A stretch of 63,512 nucleotides of DNA, counting the filler, from Pelomyxa schiedti (Eukaryota > Protista > Evosea), in the NCBI GenBank assembly GCA_020536535.1. It is 11 parts of 11 records of this genome, joined end to end, with 100 filler letters (N's around TTAATTAATTAA, not from the genome) between each part and the next. Parts side by side here need not be neighbours in the genome. Positions count along the whole stretch, not along the records: positions 32,445 to 48,059 come from JAHLWZ010001155.1; 10 more parts are not named here. One strand, written 5' to 3'. This document shows, piece after piece, positions 34,645 through 48,159 of this stretch. Every line of letters begins with the position of its first letter. Positions within the stretch are counted from its first letter, which is position 1. Under the pieces are notes generated by a model, which saw only the letters and a program-made list of their open reading frames with translations, had not been told where the DNA came from and ran no database searches. A program made the position numbers and the translations under genes.

Positions 34645-37600
34645 GGTATTTTCTGAGGAGAATAGCATACTTAAGCGGAAGTGCGAGATGAACAACCTGA
34701 GGAATCTGCAGCAACTCATACACCAAGTCTGCATTTTCTAGAGTACCGGTTCGGAAAAAAAAGAGTAACAGTAACGGCAATAAATCCACACTTCCCACTC
34801 AAAGCAGCTCCACCACCAGTGAGCTGTGTAATGTAAGGAATTATATTGCACAAGTGGAGCCATACCAAGAACGGGATGATGCATAGAATTCACTCAAGCT
34901 GGAAGGAGAATACCCATGCTAGTTTCCGTAATGAGGAGACAGTTCACAATGATTTTCTGAACGATTTTGCAAGCCATACCAAGTCACTTTATATCCTGGG
35001 GTTGATTCCTGTTGGGCAAAGTACTCCACACAGCATTCACATTCAGTTAGACTCTTAAGTGATTCCACCAATTTCCAATCAATATTTCTACCAGAGACAA
35101 CTCAATGCACCAATATAAGTTTAGCCAGCTTTTGCGATATGAAAACAAATTCGTGGTATACCTGGAGCTTAGTCTCATCTCTGTTGTTGTGCTATTGGTG
35201 TGCAGCTGTAAACATTCAGTTCATTAAAGAATAACTGTGATCGCCTTGTCATTCTGTAAATTAGATTGAAGTTTCAGATCAGACGGTGACCATGCCGGTT
35301 GTTGATGGATCTCCAGTATGGGTCCATACCTAGTGCAATAACGAGTTAGAACACAACACCGGTTTGTGTACAGACTCAATGTGACAGCCAGTGTAGCATC
35401 TTCGGTCCCTCTTTCAGCAGTATCGTCAGAAGTGCGGGTACAGCAAAGGTGATTGTGATAATAATGGGGAGAGCCGTGGCCGGTGTGTGGTCACGTCCAC
35501 GTTGAGCGCTACTTCCACGACACCCCTCCTTTTACGCGCACCACCACGACACGACGACAGTCATTGGGTGACTGATGCACAAATACCCAAGATCACCTCA
35601 CCAGGTGAGTGTTTGAGGCACTGGTCAGGTCCTGGCATGTGGGAAAGGTTGTATCCATGGAGGACCAAGCTTTTGGGAACATGGAGACAGGCAGAAGAGA
35701 GCAACGCAAATAGCATGGTGGCCCTCTTCTCCTCTGAGGAGGCAACCTGGCAGGTTGTCTCCAACGACGAGAAATTTGATATGGGATCCCCCCCAGGAAG
35801 GTTCAAATGCCCTTGTGTGTAATCAGGGTTAAGAGTTCCCCATGAGAGCAAAGGAGTTACCTGCTTGGAGAGAGGCCACTGGCGAATAGCAAGGATTGGC
35901 CTCATGGCAATAGAGATATGTTGAGTCATCAGGGGGAACACCAAAATCTTGGTGATAGAGAAATCGGGGATAAACCAGCAGGAAGGAATGCGGAGATTGA
36001 TGCAAGATTTGCTGGAAAGAAAGTCAAATTGTGCAGCACCATCCTGAGATGGAAACTTGATTGTAGAGCTGTCAATCAAGCAGTATGCAGAGGCGACGTA
36101 CAATTGCCGGAATGATATCTGATGTGGAATCTGTGCAGACTGAGGTGTGCGGGGCATGCCAATACTTTGAATCTCTGGTGTGGGCAAGTAAGGATATGAA
36201 AGGTAAATAATGTGAGGGCAACAGTCACACTTGGTAACTTCAGCCATTATCCACATCAACATACATTGGCAAAAGGACAACAAGTTGGATCTTTGATTTC
36301 AAAACAAGAGAGCAACACCTAAAATCAGATTAGATTTTTCCGCATTGGGAATTGCTGACCTCAGTGGGTATTTTCTGAAGAGAATGGCATACTTAAGAGG
36401 AAGTGCGAGATGAGCAACCTGAGGAATTTGCAGCAACTCATACACCGAATCTGCATTTTCTAGAGTACCGGCTTGGAAACAAAAAGAGAGTAACAGCGAC
36501 AGCAATAAATTCACACTCAAGCAGCTCCACCACCACTCTCAGTGAGCTGTGTAATGTAAGGAATTGCAGCAGAAACGGGATGGTGCATAGAATTCACCCA
36601 AGCCGGAAGGAGAATACCCATGCTAGTTGCTGTAACGAGGAGACAGTCCACAATAATTATGAACGAATTTGCAAACCATCCCAAGTCACTTTATATCCTG
36701 GGATTGATTCCTGTTGGGCAAAGTCAGACATAGGAATTGCAACAATCCTGGACATACCACGGCTTTATGACTCGAGGATAGGGATCGAGGTGGAATCAGC
36801 ACCAGTAGTTCTTCAGCACATCTGAACAGCTGAAGGAATTGAGTCCGCATGGCTAGATTTCATCTCACACAAACCTGGAATAATTTCTCCTCCAATCAAT
36901 ATTTCTACCAGAGACAACTCTATGCACCAATATAAGTTTAGCCAGCTTTAGCGATACGAAAACAATTTCACTGTATACCTGGAACTTGGTCTTATCTCTG
37001 TTGTTGTGTTGTTGTTGGAGTGCAGCGTTAAACATTCAGTTCATTAAAGAATAATGGTGATCGCCTTGTCATCACATGTCATTCTCTGTCAATTCATGTG
37101 GAGATTAACTACGATGTTTGTCACCGTTAATGCGGAAATAAATATAGGCAGTGAACAACAAAAATAGACACAAATACAAACAAAAATACATACAAACGAA
37201 AAAAATGAATACAGCAATAAAGCTGGAAACTACAGACCCCTGTAAAAAAGGGGGAGCACTGGTGCTCTGTCAAGGAGTGCTATGAGAGGTTCCTCTAGAG
37301 TGGTTGGGAAAATATAAATCGTAAAATGGAAGTTATGCCTTCTGTGCCAGCTTCATCAATGCATTATGCCTGCATCTGGTGGCAATATGGAAGGCCTGAC
37401 CTTGTTAATATGAAAATGCAGTAAAGTGGGAGAAGAAACGCATACCATCCACTGTGGAAAACTGGGGAGAAAAATAAGGAGAGCATGTTCCTTTGAACCT
37501 GAATGTAAATTAGATTGTTCATATCATGCCGGTTGTTGTCCAGCTCCTGTCTGGGTCCATGTTGTCTAGTGTAACAACACAAGATAGAACACAACACCAG

Positions 37601-38732
37601 TTTGTGTACAGACTTCGGTCCCTCCTCCGGCAGTGTCGTCAGAGGTAAACATGGTCGCCGAAATCACCTTTACCCCCTCGTTTTACACACACCACCACAA
37701 CGACCATGGTAATTGGGTGACTGATGCACAAGACCAAATGCCCAAGATCACCTCACCAGGTGAGTGTTTGAGGCACTGGCCCTGCCATTGGTGGTGCTGC
37801 ATGTTGAGTCAGCAGCAGGGGGAACACCAAAATCTTGGTGATAGAGAAATCGGGGATAAACCAGCAGGAAGAATGCGGAGATTGATGCAAGATTTGCTGG
37901 CAAGAAAGTCAAATTGTGCAGCACCATCCTGAGATGGAAACCTGATTGTAGAGCTGTCAATCAAGCAGTATGTGGAATTCCGGAATGATATCTGATGTGG
38001 AATCTGTGCGGACTGAGATGTGCAGGGCATGCCATTACTTTGAATCTCTGGTGTGGGCAAGTAGCAAAATAATGTGTGAGGGCAACAGTCATACCTCCAT
38101 GCACAAAGGCAGCGCCAGCCATTATCCACATCAGCATACATTGGCAAAAGTACAACAGTTCGGGGAAGAGTACAAAGACCATCAATTGGCACAGCCTCAT
38201 CAACATAAAGAGCAACCCGCCACAGCAATACCACTGGCAACATAATATTTAAACATATAGCCACAGAGCCGGAAACAAAAACCAGCCATTCAATCTTTTG
38301 CATCTGATTGCAGTAAATCCAAGGCAAGCTCTGAGGAAGTAAATATACCTGGCAGTTGCCAAGCACCTTCAGATCAGCAGTGAGAGCACTGAGAGCGATC
38401 CAGCAGTAGTGTTGCGAAAGCCAGAAACAAGAGTAGTGAAAGGTGAACAAGGCATCATTTCCAATCATATGTAACGCACACGCTCTCAACCCTGGCCAAC
38501 ACCCAAGTCAGACCAATGTATGCTCCTTTCAATTGCCCATACCGGAGAAAAGCCAAACACACAGCTCAACAGCCAATGGCACTTGAGAAGCCGCAACTGG
38601 ATCATTGGCAACACCCAAGGCAATGGCAACCGATGGGCAGAAGCAGAAACTGCTCCAGCAGAACCCAAGTAGAACTGCTGAAGTTGGATCATTGATTTCA
38701 AAACAAGAGAGCAACACCTAAAATCGGATTAG
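34645..38732 (+). repeat. Mosaic of diverged local segmental duplications / decayed gene fragments
   Basis: Visible paralogous blocks: ~34645-35270 vs ~36364-37075; ~35540-36280 vs ~37690-38150; ~36285-36333 vs ~38683-38732; ~37364-37515 vs ~41133-41284. All have indels and stops. Confidence 0.8.
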
Positions 38733-41700
38733 AAGAACACAACAGGATACAGTGTACCCATATTTGGGTGCATACTTGGCTGAGAGAAGCCAAAGCGATA
38801 GTGCTGTAAAGCCACCAAGCTGGCTGAATGGAACTGACAATAACAACAAAAAAAAACCCTGAATGTGTGTGTGTGTGTTTGTGTTTGTGTGGAAAGGGAG
38901 TGTGAGAGTCAAACATAAAGAAAATTGCGAGTTGGGAAATATTCACCTTGTTGTCCACACCAAAAATGCCATGGGCTGGAAGTTTCCAAAAGGTGAAGAG
39001 GAAGAGAGGAGGGGATGATGGCAAGTGGAAGGAACAGTGAACCACATCATATCATCATACTTTGTGTTACTGGTGGCCAAAACCATGGCAAATGCACAAT
39101 GTTCACAGATATCAGCAAGCAGAGTCTGATCAAGGTCACATAAAGTGGAAAAAAGAAAAGAAAAAATAACCCATGGGATTTTCTTACTGCTTCTCTCCAT
39201 ATCCTCTCCCCCTCTTTTCTTCCACTGAGTGCAATTTTTTTGGGATCTATGTGCGTTTAAATGCTTTATATTATAACGGAAGGCAAAGACCTTGGTGATG
39301 ATTTCGGAAATGAGCTGGCAGTTCTGGGGGCTCCTGATGTTGCTGACTCACAACCAAAACATCGCTGCTGACTCGCTCACAGCCTCACCTTATCCCCAGT
39401 GATGCCACTGTATCCGATGTTGTTGTGTTGCATCAAACCTCGCTCTATCGCTCCCAACGTTCGCCTTTGCACTCTTTACGTTGTAAGTAGAGTATGAATG
39501 CCGCCGAGCAATAGGTTGTGCAAGGAACCAAGAGAGTGGTGGAGAGCAGGATTGGAGTGTGAGATAGAGGGAGAGGCGTGGGGGGAAGTGAAGCGGGAAT
39601 GAAGGTGAGTAGACGTCTGGCCTTGGTGTTTGCTAAAATCGGCACCTATTATTTGCTGAGTGGGTTGATTATAAAAATTAATTAGAGAGGATGAGAGAAA
39701 AGTCAAAAAAACACTAAATAGGGTAAAAATTGGTACTAACAACAATAAAAACCAAAGCCAAGTGGCAAAGAAAAAGTTGGAAACACATGGACAACATGCA
39801 AAGCCGAAGAGGATGATGGGCCGAAGAGGAAAAAGGAAAAAAAACCGAAACGAAAGGAAAAACAAAACAACAACAAAGCTTGTTTCTGTTATCTGTGTGC
39901 CCCACCACCACCACCATGCCAACTTTTTTTTTTTGCGTTTTTACGTGTCGAACGAAACTGTTTTTTCGGAATGTCGACTCGAGAGCCGACGAACAGGTGT
40001 GGGTGCCACAAGGGCTTTTTCAAGTTGATTCAGGGGAAATCAAGGTGCGACCTCGACGAAAACAGCGCTAACAGATACGTATCTGTTGTTGGGACTTGGC
40101 AACGAAATTTCGAACGGTGCTTGCCAAGTACATTTATTTGAAATCCCGTTCGTTGGAGATACCGGCATCATGGTGGCGAGAGAGAAGAATCCGGCATGGT
40201 GGAATCGTGGTTGCACTGCGAAGTGATACTGCGGAATCGCTTGCGCAAGCCGCACTCTGGAGGAGACTACCGGCACTGATGCGGACATTTCCGGGACACT
40301 GGCGGCATGCATCCTGCAACAGTAGGATTAGTACGAAAATTATGGGAATCGTGCCATACAACAACCTGAAAACGGGGGAAGAATGAGAATGAATGCTAGA
40401 TATGCAGAATCGAAGCTCGGAAATCATCCAAAGCTATGTACAATTAGTACAACTTGATTTCAATTCATTTCGGTATTATTATTATTCCAAGTGAGGAATA
40501 TGTACCTACTAATGTTCTGGTTGCACTCTCTGTCTGTGCACGCTGATCAACTACAAAGATACATATCAATTTCCACTTTTAGAATTGTCGTAAAATCGGT
40601 TTTGTCAAAGCTGAATGATTTGTGAGTCAATTCGATTTTAAAAAGAACAAGCCATTGCTGAACCTTTTTCACCTTTCTTTTGATGTAACAAACAGTCTTC
40701 GTGGTCGTGCTCGCATAGAGTACGTTTGTGTATTCTATCTACTGCATGACCACACTCATCTCTGATCCTCCTTCCGAAGATCTTGGGATCAGAGATCTTC
40801 TTCTGAAAAACCGAAAATTGAGAAGTACCACGCTTTGCTGCGCGTCTCGCGTAGTATCAGTGTACGGCGTAGAGTTGTTGTTGTTGTTGTAAGTGAGATG
40901 GTGAAGTGGATGGTGCGTCTGGGTGTCGATGTTGCAGGTTGATGTTCGGCGTTTGGTGGCGCAAACCTGCTGTTGTATGCATGAATGAATGATGTATGAG
41001 TCCAACTGAATGCAGGTGTTGGATTGGATTCGTCATTTTGTACAATGTGGATTGGAATTCGGGTATGCCAGTGCATATACGTATATATATGTATATATAT
41101 GCCATATATATGTGCAAACACCCATCAACGCATTATGCCTGGTGGCAATATGGAAGGCGTGGCCTTGTAGACATGGGAATGCAGTAAAGTGGGAGAAGGG
41201 ACATACCAGCCACTGTGGAAAACTGGGGAGAAAAATAAGGAGAGCATGTCCCATTGAACCTGAATTGAATGTAAATTAGATTGAAGTAGTTCAGATGGTG
41301 GAAGAGACCTGGGCATGACTTGCGTTACGGAAGAACCAGCTGGAAAGAAATGCAAATACCTTAGATTCCCTGAAGGGAAATCCTGCTGCAACTTGTAACC
41401 GTGTCTAATTCAGAAGGAAAATACTTTCCACAGGTCTTCAACCAAGGCACTACATAAAACGGATCGGATTACCAAGTAGAAACAAAATAGAGAGGCGGAC
41501 CTGAGTAGCAACAGCAATGCGAAAAGCCGAGCTGGGCCGTCAACCACTGGCACCCACCACTCACCCTTGTGTGCTTATTTCCCGTCGCACTCATACAACG
41601 TGGCTGTCCCGATGGAGCTCGAATTCTTTTTCCTGTTAGGAAAACCTCTCAAGCTCGAAAGCCGTAACGTGGGGATCTCTCCATCCCACTAAGTCAGACT

Positions 41701-43310
41701 CAGAAGTCGATCAGCTCCGACCGGGAAGGTACCAACGCGCCCAGGAGTTGATTGATTTATACACAGTTGTCCTCTCAGTTGGGCCAGTTATGGGTGGGTG
41801 GGTGACTGGCGGTGCGCCAGACGTAGCATTTTGGTGCCAGGTCAAACGTTCTGTTGTTTGTATCGGTTTTTTTTTTTCCCGATGTTGTTTTCTTTGTTTA
41901 TTGTGCTTTATCGCACCGGTCTTTTTTGTTTCTCGGTTTTGTTTTGTTTGTTTTTTTTTTTCCTGAACTGTCACGCTTCAATCCAGTTCTTTTTGTTTTG
42001 CTTTGTTTTTCGTGTTTGTTTTATTTCGTTTTCGTTTGGCTTAGTCTTCTTTCTGTTTTTGTTCTTGTTCTCACAACAACACAGGTCATTGAAGATTCCA
42101 TGACGAGGAGAAGGGGCACAGTGGTATGTTTCCATTTCTCTTCTCTGTTTTTCTTTTTCGACTTCTCACATTTGAAAACTGGGTGGTGTTGCAGAGGTCA
42201 GCAGAATGTGTGTGGATCGGCTCCAATCCACTGGTATTCCTCTTCTTGAGTCCCCAATATATAACTCACCTCTAGGTCCTTTTCTGCATTCACGCTGTAT
42301 GCACATGGGAGTGTTGGCGTTGGGGCCCTCTGTGGCTTTCAGCAGCTCAGCCACTCACTGGCATAGTTTCTTATTTCTTCTTTTTCTCGTTTCACCTTGT
42401 ACAGTTGGTGGTGGACTGGACTTGCCATGACAGCCATCAGGTTTTCACCTTTTCATTGTCCCCCACCCAGTATTGCCTCACCTCCAATCCCAGATTTTTT
42501 CTTTTCCTGCATTTGTGTGACTCCTCCTTTTTTCTTTTTCGATTTCTCACACTTGAGACCAGGTGTGGCAACTTGCCAGCTGCTGATGAAAGCCTGTCAT
42601 CATCAAGAAGGTAAATCTCCCTCTCTCTTTGTATGATCACCCCCACTAAACCATGACAGGTAAATGCGAAGACTGTCCCTGCCCTTTTCTGCATTTCTGG
42701 CACTTTGTGACCTCCTTCTGGTTGGTGGCTTCTTGACTTTTTCTCCAGGCTCAAGATATCATTTAGGTGGTAAGGCCGACCCGCCTACTCAATCTATGAC
42801 CAAGGTACCTTCCCTTTTTAACATCACCCCACTCAACCCTGAATGCCAGAAGGGCTGACGAACAGAGTGCAATGTCAGGCTTCCGCCTCCACCCACTTCA
42901 CCTCAGCACTAACACCCCTTGCTCTCACTCTCTCGCTCTCTCGCTCACTCGCTCTCACTCCTACACACCCCACCACTCCACTGGGCTCCTGCACTCCACG
43001 CTTCCATTCCCAACATACACCTCTCCATGAAACCAACTTCAGGCAAAAGAAAAAAAATGTTTGCTTTCAAGAAAGTACATGGGGAGGAGGGGGCTGGAAC
43101 AGGGACCACTTGAGGGCCACTGTGTGTCCACCTGGGGGCCACTGTGTGTACACATTGGGAGCTCCCACACCGAGCCGTTGTGTTTTTTCACATTTTGAGA
43201 CCACCCTTAGGGAACAGCGTCGAACCCACTCTGGGTGTGATCTGAAATCACAGTGCACAGTACGTGTGGACACCAGTTTTGCACCTCAACTCTTGGGGTT
43301 GTGATGTCGT

Positions 43311-43545
43311 TTTAAGTGTTACACCAAGCCACACACACTTTCCGGTACTGAAGTGGTCATTTCCGATACGGCCGGCATGCACTCTACAATGAGATTAGCG
43401 CGGAAATCATGAGAATGATACACGAAGACTTTAAGTATTACTCCAAGCCACATACACTTTCCGGTACTGAAGTGGTCATTTCCGATACTGCCGGCATGCA
43501 CTCTACCATGAGATTAGCGCGGAAATCATGAGAATCATACACTAA
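43311..43545. repeat. Two near-identical 119-bp tandem units
   Basis: TTTAAGT.TTAC.CCAAGCCACA.ACACTTTCCGGTACTGAAGTGGTC... starts at 43311 and again at 43430. Confidence 0.92.
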
Positions 43546-44699
43546 ACAGCCGGCAAGCGCTTTAAGTGCGGTAATGCATCAAACCCAAGGCAATGAAGAA
43601 GACTCTTATTTTAAATTCTACAGCAGTTAGTTTATTCATTTTATTATACATTTAACTTAAATTCAATTGCGTTTTAAATGCTAGTCAGAAATTAAGTTAT
43701 TCCACTCTACAGAAGTACCCATCCACATCTTACAGTTCGTTCCACAGCCGGCAAAACATCATCAAGCACATTCATCAGTCATCATCATGGTGCAGCCCTT
43801 TACCTTGTGCATAAATTTCGGCACCTGCATTCGATTAATTAACTATCAACAATTACGCATACCGGCATGTCGCATCAAATAACTGCAAATTATTCAAGTC
43901 CAATCTGACACAAAATTTCATACAAACTAATTGACAAGAGTGCTTGGAATGCTGGACAAGCCATACAAGTTGTAGTGAATATAACGAAGCAATGCCCAAG
44001 GCATATAATATTAATTAAATAAAAAAAAGGGAGGGATGACGTTTATATATAGGATCACCATTCCTACACCACTAAGTCAGAGGTTGAGCTGGCCTCCGCG
44101 GTTCCGTAGCAACAATGCAGTAACAGCACTTTGGGTAATCGTTACTTTGTTTTCGCTTTCACGCAATAAAACAACGCCTCTTACAGCGTTATGACATGTG
44201 CACTTACGCATCGGGTAAGAACAGTTGCAGTGTGAATGTGGGTATGTCCGAGGGAGGCCTTCCGCTACCTGGTAAGACCGGTCCCACAAGTACAACCCAC
44301 AAGAAATCACGTACAACTTTTGATTGTGGCTACAGTTATTCTTTCGGGAAAACCCCCAAAAAGGGTTGCAACGAACATTGCACTGAAAGATGTAAGACCA
44401 CAACTATGGCTTTCAATTAGTTACTCAATGACTCTTGACCTTTATTTGGCAATAAAAACCATCAAACAATAAAACTAGCTTTTTACATAAAAATTCTATT
44501 CAAACCGCGCACGTCGGTGCGGGGTGCTTGATTTTTGGTTTGCCATCGTGGCTCGGGGCGAGAGGGAAGAGGAGCTGGCGTAGTCGGCACGGTGGGAGGA
44601 GAAGAAGGGTGGACGCGAATGCACAAAGGCATCGATGTCTCTTGCGACCAGCGACCGAAACAGAAAAGTCGTCAGTGACAAAAGTAGAAAACGAGCCCG

Positions 44700-45480
44700 C
44701 CGTGACAAAGGTGACAGAGGGGAATGGCAGTCTGTGGCGGTCCCGAGCCGTCGCGAGGCGTGCGTGGTAGTTGTCATCTCGGTGAAAACACTTCTTCTCA
44801 CCCACCTCCCACTCTGTGTTGCCTCTGCTGCAGCTGTTGTTCTCTTCGGCTTTTCCATCACCAGCTTTATTAGCAACTTTAGCATTTGCATCAGAATCAG
44901 CACCAACAGCAGGCACTGGCACAGGCCATATCTCCAGATCACCAAGTGGCACAGTACACTTCAGCACCCACTTCCCATTGCATTCAAGCCAAGGCCATCC
45001 CATGAAGAAGGACTGGTCAGCGAAAAGAGGTTTCTGATGCATTTGCAAACCTCTTTTGGGCACTCCCTTTTGCCCTCACCCCTTCAGCAATCCACCCACC
45101 ATCACCTAACTGCATGAATAGTCGTTCTGCTTCAGAATGGAAGAATGAGCTTCTTCTTGAATCACGATTCATTTCACTTTGAAGTTATTATGCACATGAT
45201 CGAATTGTTGTGTCAGACACATACAGCGGAACTGGAAGGAACCTTCAACACACAAAAACCTGACACTGGCCGTCCCATCATTCCCACGCACCACCTGCTG
45301 CCAAACACCAACCAGCACAACAAATAATTTGCTGTTGGTAAAGTGGCGCATGTGCCGTGGAATTTTGACTGCCAGAGTCACGGTCACATCCCACGCGGCT
45401 GGCCTCTACGAGGGCCTTGGCGGCGCGATCCTCCATCACCCACCTCCCATCGATCAATTGGTTTGCCAGTTCACAACAAA
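44700..45480 (-). pseudogene. Decayed distant member of the N.KW-motif orphan family
   Basis: WLECNGKWVL...LEIWPVP segment; upstream frames disrupted by stops. Limits approximate. Confidence 0.4.
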
Positions 45481-45651
45481 CAAAGAAACAATCTGTTCAG
45501 ATCTTAAGGGTAACTTGTACTTGTTGTTCCCCTCGCCAAGAGGAATTATTTCCAACTGCCCAGTGAGAGCTCCGAGCTCGTTCGACAGGGGACTTTTCCC
45601 CTGTTGATCGGAACGAATTCAAACACGCACAAACAAAAAGAGAAAACCAGA

Positions 45652-48059
45652 GGATGATGAGCGCGGGAGCCACGGCGAGGAGTCGCCTCCGAAAAGCCGA
45701 CCGGAGCGACAACAGCGACAAAGAGCGGCGTTAGCGACAAGGCATCGGGACAGGGACAACAAGGAAAGGGCCCCCCATGCCCGCGAAAAGACCGACAAGA
45801 AGAAGCCGAAGATCGACAAGGACCGCGAGAGGGACCGAGACAGGGACAGGGACAACAAGGCGATGGAGAGGGGGCGGGACAAAGACCCCAGGGGGGGCCA
45901 CCACCAGCAGAGGAGGGGAAAAAGACAGGGACAGGAGCAGGGACCGTGACAGGGATAAGTCCAGGCCCGCGGCCGATGGGGGGGAGGAGTTCCAGGGCGA
46001 CTTCCTTGCTGATTTGTCCGCGGAGGAAACAAACAAAAGAACTGCAAGGAATTCAGGTATACAACCCAATTCTTCATCAGCGAGTTATTTCTCACCTCAC
46101 CTCACCTCATCTCAGGTTTCCCACGATCTCAGATCCCAGCTTCAAGAAGGACAACAGGTCATCCTCACCCTTGCTGATGCCCCTATTTTGGGATGATGTT
46201 GGCAATCAAGATCGACCCAAAGGGGACCTGTTGGAAAATGTGTCCCTCGCGGAGGAAGAAAGAAGGGTGCGTGCAATTGAAGAGTCCAAGCCACACAAGC
46301 CAGCATACGAGGAGCTCACGGGTGCACAAATACAGTTTTGCCACAGTATGATGAACGGCCAGCAGCTCCCGTCTACACAATTGGACAGCTGACCCAAAAG
46401 CAGACTGCATTAGGAGCATCGTCGGGTGGATCATGCATCACTGCCTATTGTGTCTCTTGACTCTCCAGCTCCAAAATAGCTTCTGATTACTACACCAGTG
46501 AAGAAATTGCCAAGTTCCGAAAACCGAAGAAAACTTCCAGCAATGGCCGCAAGAAGAAAGAAATCAAAGTCAAAGAAGAGCCACCTTCTCCCACAACAGA
46601 AAAGACTCCTCCTCCACCATCCAAATCGTCATCAACTAAAGCTGAAAGAGATGCGGAGATTGCTGCCGCTGTTGCCGGTGTTCACAGCAGCAGTCGGGAC
46701 CATGGAAGCCACAGGAAAAGATCAGAACAAGCACTGCGTGCCATACGGGAGGATGAAAGAATTGAACAAGAGGAAAGGGACAAGGCCTACGCCCGTGCTG
46801 TAAATAAAGCAGAGCAGGAAGCAAAAAATCAAGTTGCAACAATGTAATATGCTGCTTTCAGAAAGCAAAGATAGCGGGGATGTTGGGATGACCCAAGGAG
46901 TTGAAGAGGGGGAGGAATTAGAGAAAGGTGGGGAAAAGGACGATGATGTTGTGGAAGATGATGGGTGATTTATTTGAGTCCATCATGAGAGCAAGACAAC
47001 TCAACACAGAATCCAAGAAGCTCCCACGTTCAGAAACAGATATCGTGGACCGTGTTGGAATTAAAGTCGAGAGTGAGAGCGTTCCTGCCAATTCCCCCCC
47101 TCACATCGGACTTGGTTCTCACCCAAATTGGGGAATTTTGCAGAAGTTTGCCGGCTTCTGCTGTAAAGCCTGAAGAGCCGGCGGCAGAAGAGGTTCCAAG
47201 TACCACACAAACCACTGCCACTGCAACCACAATACAAGTACAACAACCACATCATCATCAGAAATTCTGAAGACTTCAGTACAAGAGCCAGGGTTGTGAA
47301 AAAGGAAGAAGAACCCGACACAGAGAAGCCACAGGATCTTCAGAGTAGGTGGAAGACTGTTGTTGATGAAGGTGAACAGGAATTCGAAGAAGTTAAGGAA
47401 GAGTCATCAAGTGAAGAAGAAAACGAGGCCAATCCATTAGAGGTACACCACTTGTATAATTAATAATAATATTGATATCTCACCCTCACCCATAGCATTT
47501 GGTGTTGTGACTTGTGTCCTTGTGACATTTTATATAGGATGAGCCGCTTGTTTCATCAGGAGTTGGTGCCACTATACGAATGCTTCAACGACGAGGTGTT
47601 GTAGCAGACGAGCACGATCTTGTGAACTATGCCGGCAGAGCTAAAGATCACGTTTTGACACTTACCAAAACAGATGACCCTGCTCCCAATATCAGACTAG
47701 AACACACAGATGAATTCGGTGTGTTTCCCACCACTTTTCTTCATCTCTCCCAAACTAATTTCCCACAAGGCCGTGTCCTTACACCCAAAGAAGCTTTCAG
47801 GCGCCTCTCCTACAAGTTCCACGGCAAATGCCCCAGCAAGAACAAGCTGGACAAAGCACTCCGCAAATACCAGGTATTCAATCCACTCGACCGCATCACC
47901 GCAATTCATTCCATTTCACTCAACCAATTACAATTACTAATGGCACAGCCGCATCACAGCACTCCGCACTGCACCGCACCGCACCGCACCGCATCAAATT
48001 ACATTGCATCACCACAACTCACAAGACACAACAAATTACTGATTGGCAATTTCAGGAAG
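45652..48059 (+). pseudogene. SART1: U4/U6.U5 tri-snRNP protein SART1/Snu66, multiply frameshifted, 3' end off contig
   Basis: RD-rich start, HIND-like LSAEETNK, HDL...EGQQVILTLAD, DLLENVSL, VLPQYDE, IASDYYTSEEIAKFRKPKK, DEPLV..GVGAT, PNIRLEHTDEFG|RVLTPKEAFRRLSYKFHGK.P.KNK. The motifs fall in different frames with no introns between them (e.g. ~45915, ~46190, ~46330). Confidence 0.85.
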
Positions 48060-48159
48060 NNNNNNNNNNNNNNNNNNNNNNNNNNNNNNNNNNNNNNNNN
48101 NNNTTAATTAATTAANNNNNNNNNNNNNNNNNNNNNNNNNNNNNNNNNNNNNNNNNNNN

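Noticed and set aside
39900-40430. Coding-like sequence with several overlapping short ORFs
   Set aside because: Stops in all frames and no recognisable domain.
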